Shown one piece after another: positions 38,117-47,492 of a stretch of DNA of 64,000 nt. The DNA comes from Pseudomonas aeruginosa PAO1 (GTDB lineage: Bacteria > Pseudomonadota > Gammaproteobacteria > Pseudomonadales > Pseudomonadaceae), in the NCBI RefSeq assembly GCF_000006765.1, contig NC_002516.2. One strand, given 5' to 3'. The notes under the pieces were generated by a model. It worked only from the letters and a program-made list of their open reading frames with translations, ran no database searches and was not told the origin of the DNA. Every line of letters starts with the position of its first letter. Position 1 is the stretch's first letter. Both the position numbers and the translations under genes were made by a program.

Positions 38117-38956
38117 ATGAGTACCGCAGTGGAGATCGCCTGCCGTGACGGCGTGCGCCTGGCCGGCGACCACTTCCCGGCCGTCGGCGATGCGCAGGGG
38201 AGCATCGTGGTGGCCTGCGCGCTCGGCGTCAGGCGCGCCTTCTACCAGCGCTTCGCCGTCCTGGCCGCGGCTTCCGGCTACGAGGTGCTGTTGTTCAGCT
38301 ACCGCGGCAGCGAAGGCGACGACCCTGCCGTGGCTAGCTATCGCCTGGCCGACTGGGGACGCGAGGACATCGATGCGGTGCTGGCCTGGTGCCGAGCGCG
38401 CGCGCCGGAGCTACCGCGCTATTTCGTCGGCCACAGCATCGGCGCGCAGTTGCTCGGTCTGGCTGGTCAGGCCAGCGGATTGAGCGGCGCCGCGTTCGTC
38501 GCCGGTTCGTTTCCGTACTGGAGGCGCTGGCGAGGCAGGCAACGCTGGCAGATGTTCGGCCTGTTCTGCGTGGCGGTGCCGCTACTGACCGGACTGCTCC
38601 GACGCTTTCCCAGTCGTTTCTTCGGCCTCGGCAGCCTGGATATGCCGAGTCATTTCATGCGCGACTGGGCGCGCTGGGTGCGGCAGCCGGACTACCTCCT
38701 GGCACCGCGCTTCGGATTGCAGCGGCAGGGTTACGAGGCGCTGGACATCCCCGTCGCCAGCTTCCTGTTCGAGGACGACGACTACGTGCCCTGGGCTGCG
38801 GCGGAAAAGCTTCACCTGGTCTATGCCGCGGCGCACCTGGAGTTGCGTCGCAAGGGACGGGCCGAGGGGGCGGTCGGGCATTTCGGGCTGTTCCGCAACG
38901 AGGCGTTGCAGAAGGAGTTGCTCGACTACTTCAGGAAGCTGCCCGACGCGGCGTAA
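38117..38956 (+). CDS. Alpha/beta-fold hydrolase
   Basis: AAGGAG RBS; FSYRG, nucleophile elbow GHSIG, EDDDYVP, GHFGLFR. Confidence 0.9.
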   Translation: MSTAVEIACRDGVRLAGDHFPAVGDAQGSIVVACALGVRRAFYQRFAVLAAASGYEVLLFSYRGSEGDDPAVASYRLADWGREDIDAVLAWCRARAPELPRYFVGHSIGAQLLGLAGQASGLSGAAFVAGSFPYWRRWRGRQRWQMFGLFCVAVPLLTGLLRRFPSRFFGLGSLDMPSHFMRDWARWVRQPDYLLAPRFGLQRQGYEALDIPVASFLFEDDDYVPWAAAEKLHLVYAAAHLELRRKGRAEGAVGHFGLFRNEALQKELLDYFRKLPDAA

Positions 38957-38980
38957 GCCGCGTCCGAGCGTATGGCGTCG

Positions 38981-39835
38981 TCAGTCGCCGGTGGCGACCG
39001 GGCGGCGCGGGTCGGTGATCCACTCGCTCCACGAGCCGGCGTAGAGGCGCGGAAGCGGGAAGCCGGCGAGGCTCAGGGCGAACAGGTTGTGGCAGGCGGT
39101 GACGCCGGAGCCGCAGTAAGCGACCAGCTCGTCCACCGGGCGACCGCGCAACAGGGCGGAGAACCGCTGGTGCAATTGTTCCGGCGGAAGGAAGCGGCCG
39201 TCGCTGCCAAGGTTGTCGGTGAAGGCGGCGCACTGGGCACCGGGAATGTGTCCGGCGACCGGATCTATGGGCTCGACTTCGCCACGGAAGCGCGGCTGCG
39301 CGCGAGCATCGAGCAGCGCCAGTCCGGGTTGGCCCAGTTGGGCCTGGAGGGTGGCGGCGTCGATCAACAGCGAGGCATCGGGCTGGCCCTGGAAATCGCC
39401 GGGTCGAAGACTGCTTTCGCCATTGGTCAGTGCCAGCCCCGCAGCCTTCCAGGCCGCCAGGCCGCCATCGAGGAGGTAGACCCCATCGCGCTTGCCCAGC
39501 CAATGCAACAGCCACCAGGCGCGGGCGGCGAATGCGCCGGGGCCGTCGTCGTAGAGCACCACCTGGCTATCCTGGCGCAGGCCCCAGGCTTGTAGCTTGA
39601 GCGCTAGCTCGGCGGGATCCGGCAGCGGATGGCGACCGGTCACGCCCTTGCGCACGGGAGCGGAAAGATCCCGTTCGAGGTCGGCGAAATGCGCGCCGGG
39701 AATGTGGTTCTCCTGATAGACGCGGGCACCGTAGGACGGGTCTTCGAGGGCGAAACGGCAGTCGAGGACCAGCAGGTCGGGTTCGCTGAGGCGGGCGGCC
39801 AGTTGTTGCGCGGTCAGCAGTTGGGCGGACGACAT
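38981..39835 (-). CDS. sseA: 3-mercaptopyruvate sulfurtransferase (tandem rhodanese)
   Basis: HIPGA twice, GRHPLP, LDARAQPRF.GEVEP, active-site CGSGVTAC, YAGSWSEW. Confidence 0.93.
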   Translation of the reverse strand: MSSAQLLTAQQLAARLSEPDLLVLDCRFALEDPSYGARVYQENHIPGAHFADLERDLSAPVRKGVTGRHPLPDPAELALKLQAWGLRQDSQVVLYDDGPGAFAARAWWLLHWLGKRDGVYLLDGGLAAWKAAGLALTNGESSLRPGDFQGQPDASLLIDAATLQAQLGQPGLALLDARAQPRFRGEVEPIDPVAGHIPGAQCAAFTDNLGSDGRFLPPEQLHQRFSALLRGRPVDELVAYCGSGVTACHNLFALSLAGFPLPRLYAGSWSEWITDPRRPVATGD

Positions 39836-40037
39836 CGCGGACTCCTTGGGTCGGGAAGCAAAGCCGGTGGCGGATGGGTGGATCATGCCCCTTGGACCGC
39901 GTCGCGTCATCCCGGCGTCGCGCGGCGAGGCGGAGAAATGGCGAAAGGAAAGGGCTGGCTCCAGGCGAGGAAGATTCCTACTCGGTCATCAGCCTCGCCC
40001 GGCAGCGGGGGATTTGTCCAGACATGCAGAATCGGCT

Positions 40038-40122
40038 CGTTCCGAGGTATCCGCTCCTGTGTTCTATCCCTCGGAACGCTTGTCCGATTGGCTTGGCCCG
40101 GCGCTTGCGCCGGGCTTTTTTT
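40038..40122 (+). ncRNA. Candidate small RNA
   Basis: 10-bp hairpin 40038-40078 with a CTCCT-containing loop, then a plus-strand intrinsic terminator, located between two minus-strand genes. Confidence 0.45.
40096..40122 (+). terminator. Intrinsic terminator, plus strand
   Basis: GCCCGGCGC-TT-GCGCCGGGC followed by T7. Confidence 0.85.
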
Positions 40123-40135
40123 CGCCTCGGCTTTT

Positions 40136-41197
40136 TCAGGGAATCGCCAGACGGCCGATCCGGTCGTTTTCCAGGCTGCCGAAGTAGAGCTGGTCGCCCA
40201 CCGGCTTCGCCGAGGTGATCATGCGCAGGTGGTGGCCGCTGGTGTCGTGCAGGCTGCGGACGATCCTGCCCTGTTCGTCGATGGCGATGACCAGCCCGTA
40301 GGCGGTCGGCTTGGGCAGGAACATGCGCGGCAGCTTGGCCAGCTGCGCCTTCAGCCAGGGATGCCGGTGGAGGAAGTCGGCGTCGGCCTTGCGCGGGGTC
40401 GGCAGGGCCACCCAGAAGGTACCCTTGCGGTCGCCCTGGAGGTTGTCCGGCAAGCCCGGCAGGTTGTCGATGAACACCTCGTGCTGGCCAGCCTTCTCGC
40501 CTTTCAGCCAGTAGCGGGTGATGCGATAGCGGTAGGTCTCGTTGACCAGTACGAAGTCCTCGTTTGCCGAGAGTGCCACGCCATTGGCGAAGTACAGGTC
40601 CTTGAGCAGCACCTCGGTCTTGCCGGTGGACGGGTCGTAGCGCAGCAGGCGGCCGTGCGGTCGGGCCTCGAGCAGGTCGAGGATGTAGTCGGGCTGGTGG
40701 AACTTGCTGGAAGCGTCGCTGAAGTAGATGCGGCCGTCGCTGGCGATGTCGAGGTCGTCGGTGAAGGCGAAGGGGACACTGTCGGCCTCGGTGGCGAGGG
40801 TTTCCACCTTGCCCTGCGGATCGATGCGCAGCAGGCCTTTCCAGGCGTCGGCGAGGATCAGGTTGCCGGCGGCATCGAAGTCCATGCCCAGCGGGCGGCC
40901 GCCGGTGTCGACGAAGGTCTCGACCTTGCCGCTGGCGTCCAGGCGTACCACGCGGCCGTCGGCGAGACCGGCATAGACGCGGCCCTGGCTGTCCACGGCG
41001 GTGTCCTCGGGGCCGTGCAACTGGCCCTGGCCAAGCAGCTCGGCTTTCATCAGGGTGTCGTTGGGTTCGAGGACCCCGGTCATCTGCGGAGCGGCCGGAG
41101 CATCCCAGGCGAGCGGGTCGATCGGGCTGGTCTTCAGGGCCAGGTAAAGAGCCGCGCCAGCCAGCAGGAGGACGATTATTCCGCTGAGCTTCTTCAT
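40136..41197 (-). CDS. Strictosidine synthase-like / SMP-30 beta-propeller (APMAP-like) with N-terminal membrane anchor
   Basis: HGPED, GGRPLG, FTDDLDI, YFSDASSK, GRLLRYDP, LYFANGVAL, LPGLPDN. Confidence 0.92.
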   Translation of the reverse strand: MKKLSGIIVLLLAGAALYLALKTSPIDPLAWDAPAAPQMTGVLEPNDTLMKAELLGQGQLHGPEDTAVDSQGRVYAGLADGRVVRLDASGKVETFVDTGGRPLGMDFDAAGNLILADAWKGLLRIDPQGKVETLATEADSVPFAFTDDLDIASDGRIYFSDASSKFHQPDYILDLLEARPHGRLLRYDPSTGKTEVLLKDLYFANGVALSANEDFVLVNETYRYRITRYWLKGEKAGQHEVFIDNLPGLPDNLQGDRKGTFWVALPTPRKADADFLHRHPWLKAQLAKLPRMFLPKPTAYGLVIAIDEQGRIVRSLHDTSGHHLRMITSAKPVGDQLYFGSLENDRIGRLAIP

Positions 41198-41337
41198 GCA
41201 GTTCCCTTGTTCGGATTGTCGGACAAAGGGCGGAGTATGGACATTCGCTACGCTCATCGGCAAGCGCGGTGCCGAGCGGAATGCTCGCATGGCGCCAGGC
41301 TCTATATAATGCGCCGCACTTGACCAAGGAGATGTTC

Positions 41338-42462
41338 GTGACCGCGCCCGAAATCCAGTGGATCCGCGATGATGCCAGCCTGGCGCAGCAATGCCGGGAA
41401 TGGCGCACACAGCCGTACCTCGCGCTCGATACCGAGTTCATGCGCGTCGATACCTTCTATCCCGCGGCCGGTCTGGTGCAGGTGGGCGATGGCCGGCAGG
41501 AGTGGCTGATCGATCCGCTGCTGATCCAGGACTGGAGCCCCTTCGCCGAGCTGCTCGAAGACGAGCGGGTGGTGAAGGTGCTGCATGCCTGCAGCGAAGA
41601 CCTCGAGGTGTTCCTGCGCCTCACCGGCAGCCTGCCGGTGCCGCTGTTCGATACGCAGTTGGCCGCCGCTTATCTCGGCATGGCCCATTCGATGGGCTAC
41701 TCGAAGCTGGTGAAGGAGGTGCTGGACATCGACCTGCCCAAGGACGAGACCCGTTCCGACTGGTTGCAACGGCCGCTCACCGAGATGCAGATGCGCTACG
41801 CCGCCGACGACGTCCAGCACCTCGCCCAGGTCTACCTGGCCCTGGATACGCGGCTGAGCGAGGAGAAACGCGCCTGGCTGCTGGAGGACGGCGCCGAACT
41901 GGTCGCCAACCTCTGCCGCGAGAGCGATCCGCGCGAGGCCTACCGCGAGGTCAAGCTGGGTTGGCGGCTGCGTCCGCAGCAACTGGCGGTGCTCCGCGAA
42001 CTCTGCGCCTGGCGCGAGGAGCAGGCACGCCTGCGCAACCGGCCGCGCAACCACGTGCTGCGCGAACGCACCCTGTGGCCGCTGGCGCGCCTGCTGCCGA
42101 AGAACAAGACCGACCTGGCGGCGATCGAGGACATGCATCCGCGCACCGTGCGCCAGGACGGCGACTTCCTCATCGAACTGATCGCCCAGGCTGCGCGCCT
42201 GCCGCAGAGCGAATGGCCCGAGGCGCTGCCCGAGCCGCTGCCGCCGGAGGTCACCCCGCTGCTCAAGAGCCTGCGCGCCATCGGCCAGCGCGAAGCGGAG
42301 ACCCTGGGCATGGCGCCCGAACTGATGCTGCGCAAGAAAGTCCTCGAGGCACTGCTCAAGAGCGGCTATCCCGACGGTCCCTACGAACTGCCCGATTCCC
42401 TCCGTGGCTGGCGCCGCGAACGCATGGGCCAGGCCCTGCTGGACGCCCTGGAGAGCGCATGA
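41338..42462 (+). CDS. rnd: Ribonuclease D
   Basis: [39 protein letters not shown] plus HRDC region. AAGGAG RBS favours GTG 41338; TATAAT at 41305-41310. Confidence 0.96.
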   Translation: MTAPEIQWIRDDASLAQQCREWRTQPYLALDTEFMRVDTFYPAAGLVQVGDGRQEWLIDPLLIQDWSPFAELLEDERVVKVLHACSEDLEVFLRLTGSLPVPLFDTQLAAAYLGMAHSMGYSKLVKEVLDIDLPKDETRSDWLQRPLTEMQMRYAADDVQHLAQVYLALDTRLSEEKRAWLLEDGAELVANLCRESDPREAYREVKLGWRLRPQQLAVLRELCAWREEQARLRNRPRNHVLRERTLWPLARLLPKNKTDLAAIEDMHPRTVRQDGDFLIELIAQAARLPQSEWPEALPEPLPPEVTPLLKSLRAIGQREAETLGMAPELMLRKKVLEALLKSGYPDGPYELPDSLRGWRRERMGQALLDALESA

Positions 42463-42752
42463 AACGAATCTGTTCCGTCTACAAGAGCCCGCGCAAGAGC
42501 GAGATGTACCTCTATGTCGACAAGCGCGAGGCGTTGAGCCGCGTGCCCGAGGCCCTGCTGGTGCCGTTCGGCGCGCCGCAACATGTCTTCGACCTGCTGC
42601 TCACCCCCGAGCGCCAACTGGCCCGCGAGGATGTCGCCAAGGTCCTGGAGAACATCGAGAAGCAGGGCTTCCACTTGCAGATGCCGCCGGGCGAAGAAGA
42701 GTACATCGAGCATCTCCCGGAAGAGTTGCTGCGCATGAACGACCCGCTCTGA
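42459..42752 (+). CDS. ycgL: YcgL-domain protein
   Basis: [24 protein letters not shown]; ATGA-coupled to rnd. Confidence 0.92.
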   Translation: MKRICSVYKSPRKSEMYLYVDKREALSRVPEALLVPFGAPQHVFDLLLTPERQLAREDVAKVLENIEKQGFHLQMPPGEEEYIEHLPEELLRMNDPL

Positions 42753-42769
42753 CGCGAGCCGTACCCCGC

Positions 42770-42796
42770 TGGCGCCGGCTTCCCGGCGCCACTTTC
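42770..42796 (+). terminator. Probable terminator after rnd-ycgL
   Basis: TGGCGCCGG-CTTC-CCGGCGCCA then CTTTC. Confidence 0.55.
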
Positions 42797-43006
42797 ACGA
42801 CGTGAAACCCGCTCTGTGCAAGGCTGCGCCTTCGGTGCATGATGTCCGCAAGATGTCGCACGATAGCGGAACCCCTGGCAGCGACCGTGGTCTACCAGCG
42901 CCAAACCTGCTGCTCTCGAGGGCTTCCCTCCAGGAGCCGTGATGCATGAAAGAACAATATTCTCCGGCCTGATCGCCAGCCCTTGTCCGGCTTGGCAGTG
43001 TGACCC

Positions 43007-43939
43007 ATGCGCTTGCTGATTCTCGAACGTGACCACGCTCTCTATGCCGCGCTGCTGATGGCGGCCGACCCCAGCCTGAAGGTGGTGGCGGGGGACGATC
43101 CCCTGCAGCTCATCGACGCCGCCAGCGAGTGCTCGATCTGGCTCGGCCAGCCCGACCTGGTGGCGCAGATGCTGCGCCAGGGCGTGCATCCGGTCTGGGT
43201 GCAGTCGACCTGGGCGGGCATCACGCCGCTGCTGGCCGCCGACCTGCCGAAGGACTACAGCCTGACACGCGCGGTAGGCATCTTCGGCCAGGTGATGAGC
43301 GAATACCTGCTGACCTACATGCTCGCCCACGAGCGCCAGTTCCTCGGTCGCCTGGCCAGCCAGGTCGGTTCGCAATGGGATAGCCGCACGCCTGGCGGGT
43401 TGCGTGGCCGGCAGGTGGTGATCGTGGGCACCGGGGAGATCGGCCAGGCGGTGGCGCATACCCTGTCCGGCTTCGGCATGGACCTGACCGGGGTGGCGAA
43501 GAATCCGCGTTCGCTGGTGCCGTTCAACCGCATGGGGTCGCTCGACGACCTCGGTCGCCTGGTGGAGACGGCCGACTACCTGATCAACCTGCTGCCCGAC
43601 ACCCCCGATACCCACGACATCTACGACCGTGCGCTGTTCGCCCGGCTCAAGCCCACGGCGCTGTTTATCAATGCCGGGCGTGGTGTCGCGGTGGTGGACG
43701 CCGACCTGGTGGCGGCACTGGAGAACAACCAACTGGCCGGCGCGGTGATCGACGTCTGCCGCGAAGAGCCGCTGCCGGCCAACCACCTGTTCTGGCATAC
43801 CCCGCGCCTCTTGCTGACCGGGCACACCGCCGCGCCGACCCTGCCGGGGGCGATGGTCGAACTGTTCCGCGACAACCTCGCGCGCTTCTGGGCGGGTACC
43901 GCCATGCGCGGCGAGGTGGACTTCGCTCGCGGCTACTGA
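43007..43939 (+). CDS. D-2-hydroxyacid dehydrogenase family (GhrA-like)
   Basis: WVQSTWAG, VGTGEIG, INAGRG, AVIDV, LTGHTAA. Confidence 0.92.
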   Translation: MRLLILERDHALYAALLMAADPSLKVVAGDDPLQLIDAASECSIWLGQPDLVAQMLRQGVHPVWVQSTWAGITPLLAADLPKDYSLTRAVGIFGQVMSEYLLTYMLAHERQFLGRLASQVGSQWDSRTPGGLRGRQVVIVGTGEIGQAVAHTLSGFGMDLTGVAKNPRSLVPFNRMGSLDDLGRLVETADYLINLLPDTPDTHDIYDRALFARLKPTALFINAGRGVAVVDADLVAALENNQLAGAVIDVCREEPLPANHLFWHTPRLLLTGHTAAPTLPGAMVELFRDNLARFWAGTAMRGEVDFARGY

Positions 43940-43950
43940 GCCGCGTTCCC

Positions 43951-44931
43951 TCAGGCGGCGAGCGGGAGCAGCGGGTTCACCTCGACGGTGATGTGCACCA
44001 GTTCCTCATGCTCGGCCAGGCGGCGCTTGAAATAGTCGGCGCTGCCTTCCTCGGTGGTCAGCAGACTCAGCAGGCAGGCGTACTTGCCCTGGCCGACCTG
44101 CCACAGGTGCAGGTCGAGCAGTTCCGCCGGCAGCGGGCTGCTGGCGATCGCCGCGCGGATTTCCGCAGCCACCGGCGCGTCCATCTGCGCATCCAGCAAT
44201 ACCCGGCTGCTCTGCCGGATCAGGCCGCATGCCCAGACACTGACCAGTACCGCGCCGACGATACCCATCAGCGGGTCCAGCCAGGCCGCGTTCCACAGCA
44301 GGCCGCCGGCCAGCGCGACGATCGCCAGCAGCGAGGTGGCGGCATCCGCCAGCACGTGCAGGTAGGCGGCGCGCAGATTCAGATCGTGCCGGTGGGCATG
44401 ATGGTCGTGGTGGTGGTGGTGGTGGTGGTGGTGGTGGTGGTGGTGGTGCGAGTGGCCGTGCCCGTGGTGGGCATGGCCGTCGCGCAGCAGCCAGGCGCAG
44501 GCGAGATTGACCAGCAGGCCGAGCGCGGCGACCAGCATCGCCTGCTGGTAGTGGATCGGGCTGGGGTCGAGCAGGCGTTCGACCGATTGGTAGAGCATCA
44601 GCCCGGCCACCAGCAGAAGCAGCAGGGCGCTGGTGTAGCTGCCGAGCACCTCGATCTTCCACGTACCGAAGCTGAAGCGCGGGTCGTTGGCATAGCGCCG
44701 CGCGGCGCCGTAGGCGAGTACCGCAAGACCCAGGGCCAGGGCATGGGAGCTCATGTGCCAGCCGTCGGCGAGCAGGGCCATGGAGTTGAACAGCCAGCCG
44801 CCGGCGATTTCCGCGACCATCATGCAGGCGGTGAGCAATACCGCCCAGCGCGTGTTGCGCTCGGCCAGCGGGTTGCCCTGGTCGAACCGATGGGAATGGC
44901 GCAGGGGCTGGGTAGTCGGGGTGCCGGGCAT
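43951..44931 (-). CDS. dmeF: CDF-family Co/Ni efflux transporter
   Basis: SMALLADGWHM, FGTWKIEVL, His-rich loop, NLRAAYLHVLADA, HITVEVN. Confidence 0.93.
   Translation of the reverse strand: MPGTPTTQPLRHSHRFDQGNPLAERNTRWAVLLTACMMVAEIAGGWLFNSMALLADGWHMSSHALALGLAVLAYGAARRYANDPRFSFGTWKIEVLGSYTSALLLLLVAGLMLYQSVERLLDPSPIHYQQAMLVAALGLLVNLACAWLLRDGHAHHGHGHSHHHHHHHHHHHHHHDHHAHRHDLNLRAAYLHVLADAATSLLAIVALAGGLLWNAAWLDPLMGIVGAVLVSVWACGLIRQSSRVLLDAQMDAPVAAEIRAAIASSPLPAELLDLHLWQVGQGKYACLLSLLTTEEGSADYFKRRLAEHEELVHITVEVNPLLPLAA
44407..44448 (-). repeat. Pure (CAC)14 trinucleotide repeat encoding poly-His in dmeF
   Basis: Uninterrupted GTG x14 on the plus strand by manual count. Confidence 0.9.
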
Positions 44932-44958
44932 TTGCTACTGTCCTGTCGAGACGTCGAA

Positions 44959-44981
44959 AATATACTATACCCCAGTATATT
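44959..44981. promoter_or_regulatory. RcnR/CsoR-type operator
   Basis: AATATACT-ATACCCC-AGTATATT, an 8-7-8 inverted repeat with a C-tract, matching the TACT-(G/C tract)-AGTA architecture. Confidence 0.8.
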
Positions 44982-44998
44982 ACCTTGAGGAGAGAGCG

Positions 44999-45274
44999 GT
45001 GGCCCATACCATCCATGGGAAGAAGAAGCTCCTGGCGCGGGTGCGCCGCATCGCCGGGCAGACCCGGGCGCTGGAGCAGGCGCTGGAAGAGGGCAGCGAA
45101 TGCGCGGCGGTGCTGCAACAGATCGCGGCGATCCGCGGTGCGGTGAACGGCCTGATGAACGAAGTGCTGGAGGGGCACATCCGCGAACACCTCGGCGCCG
45201 AGCAGGCGAGCGCGGAGCAGCGTCGCGAAGACCTGGAACTGGTGGTGACCGCGCTGCGTTCCTACCTGAAGTAG
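44999..45274 (+). CDS. dmeR: RcnR/FrmR/CsoR-family metal-sensing repressor
   Basis: GTG start; [39 protein letters not shown]. Confidence 0.92.
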   Translation: MAHTIHGKKKLLARVRRIAGQTRALEQALEEGSECAAVLQQIAAIRGAVNGLMNEVLEGHIREHLGAEQASAEQRREDLELVVTALRSYLK

Positions 45275-45350
45275 CCATGTGCCGGCCGGTGCTTGGCCTG
45301 GAGGGGGCGGGGGACTAGACTATCGCGCCTTTTCACCAGCCCCCGATGCC

Positions 45351-45800
45351 ATGGCCGCCAAAGTCGAACCCTTCTGGAAACGCAAGACCCTCGCCCAACT
45401 CGACCAGGACGAGTGGGAGTCGCTGTGCGACGGTTGCGGCCTGTGCTGCCTGCAGAAGCTCGAGGACGAGGACGACGGCAGCGTCTACTACACGCGTATC
45501 GCCTGCAAGCTGCTCGACCTGCAAAGCTGCCGCTGCACCAACTACGCCGAGCGCATCCGTTTCGTCCCCGACTGTATCCAGCTCACCCCGGCGCAGGCCG
45601 ACGAGTTCCAGTGGTTGCCGCCGACCTGCGGCTATCGCCTGGTTGCCGAAGGCAAGGACCTGCCGCTCTGGCACCACCTGGTCTGCGGCGACCCGGAGCG
45701 GGTCCACAAGGAACGCATTTCCCAGTCCGGGCGCATGCTCAGCGAGACCCAGGTGGCCGAGGACGACTGGGAGGACTACCTGATCTTCCGCGCCGGCTGA
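45351..45800 (+). CDS. ycgN: YcgN family Cys-cluster protein
   Basis: [29 protein letters not shown]. Confidence 0.92.
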   Translation: MAAKVEPFWKRKTLAQLDQDEWESLCDGCGLCCLQKLEDEDDGSVYYTRIACKLLDLQSCRCTNYAERIRFVPDCIQLTPAQADEFQWLPPTCGYRLVAEGKDLPLWHHLVCGDPERVHKERISQSGRMLSETQVAEDDWEDYLIFRAG

Positions 45801-45829
45801 GCTCGCGTCCGTCGCACTTCCTTACCTTG

Positions 45830-45851
45830 TGAAATGATATGTATTATCATT
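45830..45851. promoter_or_regulatory. Fur box upstream of ECF sigma
   Basis: 45830-45848 matches 13/19 of GATAATGATAATCATTATC; AATGATA-N5-TATCATT dyad. Confidence 0.8.
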
Positions 45852-45948
45852 CGCATATTTGCAAGGGACTTCCGTATCCGACGGAAGCGGGGAGGCGAGG
45901 TGTTGCAGCGGGTCAACGGCGCGGGGGGCGCCGCCGGAGGATGCACGG

Positions 45949-46476
45949 ATGGATGAGCGCTTCCGTGGTTCCGTCTCGCATGCCTATCAGGCGTTCCATG
46001 GCGAGTTGCTGCGCTTCCTGCGCAAGCACCTGGGCAGTTCGGCGGACGCCGCCGACCTCGCCCAGGATACTTTCGCCCAGTGGCTGAAATGGCCGGGCCG
46101 GCAATCGGTCGAGCAGCCGCGCGCATTTCTTTTCCAGATCGCCCGCAACCTGTTGCGCGACCATTGGCGCCGGCAGCAGAGCCGCGGCCAGGATCTCGAC
46201 CGGCCGGCGGCGAACGACGAACCCGCCGCGCTGGAAGGCGAGGCGGCCGGGCCGGGCGAGCGTTTCGAACAGCAGCAGCGTCTCAGCCACCTGGCGGCCG
46301 CGCTGGCCGAGCTGCCGCCGCGGCGGCGCGAAGCGTTCGTCCTGCACAAGTTCGACGGCCTGTCCCAGGTCGAAGTGGCCGAGCGCATGGGAATCTCCCT
46401 GAGCATGGTGGAAAAGCACATCGCCAGCGCCTTGCTGCACTGCAAGCGGCGGCTTGGCCAGGGAGGCGAAGGATGA
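45949..46476 (+). CDS. hxuI: FecI-like ECF sigma factor
   Basis: DAADLAQDTF, RAFLFQIARNL, REAFVLHKFDGLSQVEVAERMGISLSMVEKH. Confidence 0.92.
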   Translation: MDERFRGSVSHAYQAFHGELLRFLRKHLGSSADAADLAQDTFAQWLKWPGRQSVEQPRAFLFQIARNLLRDHWRRQQSRGQDLDRPAANDEPAALEGEAAGPGERFEQQQRLSHLAAALAELPPRRREAFVLHKFDGLSQVEVAERMGISLSMVEKHIASALLHCKRRLGQGGEG

Positions 46477-47456
46477 AGCCGCTGGAACGACTGGAACCGC
46501 TGTTCGCAGACGAAACCGAAGAGGACATCGATCACCGCGCCGCCTACTGGTTCAGCCGGCGTCGTTCCGGGCATTTCAGCGCTGCCTGCCGGGCCGAGCT
46601 GGAGGATTGGCTACGCGCCGATCCGCGCCATCGCGAAGCGCTCGAGGGCATGGAGCGGCTCTGGCGCGAATTCGACGGCCTGCCGCGCCCGGCGCTGGAC
46701 GATATTCCCGAGCCGGTGCCGGCCTGGCGCCTGCCCCGGGCGCTGGCGGCGGCGTTCTTCGTGTTCTGCGCGCTGCTCGTCGCCACCCTGTTCTGGCGCG
46801 ACCAGTCGCTCGGACCGAACCTCGCCTACGGCACGGCACCTGGCGAGCAGCGCGAGGTGGTCCTGGCGGACGGATCGAAGCTGTTCCTCGACGTCGATAC
46901 CCAGGTGCAGGTGCGTTACGCCGAGCGCACCCGCGACGTGCTGTTGAAGAAAGGCGAGGTGTTCTTCGTGGTCAGCCACGATCCGGCCCGGCCTTTCCGG
47001 GTCGGCAGCGGCGACAGCCGGGTCACCGTACTCGGTACCCAGTTCAGCGTCCGGCGCAACGCGCAGGCCCTCGCCGTGGCGGTGAAACAGGGGCGCGTGG
47101 CGTTGCAGCCGTCCCTGGAGAAGGATGCCGAACATGTGCTGCTGGCTGGCGACAGCGCGCGCCTGGACCTCGCCGAGCAGCGCCTGGAACTCGGCCATGT
47201 GGCGCCGGAGCAGGTCGCCAGTTGGCGCGATGGGCAACTGGTGTTCCGCGACAAGCCGCTGGGCGAACTGGTGGAGGAACTGTCGCGCTATCGCGCCGCG
47301 CCGATCCGCCTGGGAGATCCCCGGCTTGCCGGCAAGCGGGTCTCCGGTACGGTGCGGATCGCCCGCCCCGACGATTTTCTCCTCGCCCTGCCGGCGCTAT
47401 TGCCGGTGCGGGTGCAGCCGCAGGCTGGTGGCGAGGTGCTGATCCTGGCGCGCTGA
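46473..47456 (+). CDS. hxuR: FecR-like anti-sigma/sensor
   Basis: AAYWF, one TM helix, GEQREVVLADGS, VLGTQFSV, SWRDGQLVF. Confidence 0.92.
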   Translation: MKPLERLEPLFADETEEDIDHRAAYWFSRRRSGHFSAACRAELEDWLRADPRHREALEGMERLWREFDGLPRPALDDIPEPVPAWRLPRALAAAFFVFCALLVATLFWRDQSLGPNLAYGTAPGEQREVVLADGSKLFLDVDTQVQVRYAERTRDVLLKKGEVFFVVSHDPARPFRVGSGDSRVTVLGTQFSVRRNAQALAVAVKQGRVALQPSLEKDAEHVLLAGDSARLDLAEQRLELGHVAPEQVASWRDGQLVFRDKPLGELVEELSRYRAAPIRLGDPRLAGKRVSGTVRIARPDDFLLALPALLPVRVQPQAGGEVLILAR

Positions 47457-47473
47457 GGCGCGTCGTCAGCATT

Positions 47474-47492
47474 AATGAAAATATTTTTCATT
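47474..47492. promoter_or_regulatory. Fur-box-like dyad upstream of hxuA
   Basis: AATGAAAATATTTTTCATT, followed by CGCATA exactly as at the hxuI site. Confidence 0.65.

Noticed and set aside
44407-44448. Repeat as CRISPR or a non-coding array
   Set aside because: It is a simple trinucleotide run in frame within dmeF, with no spacers or cas genes.
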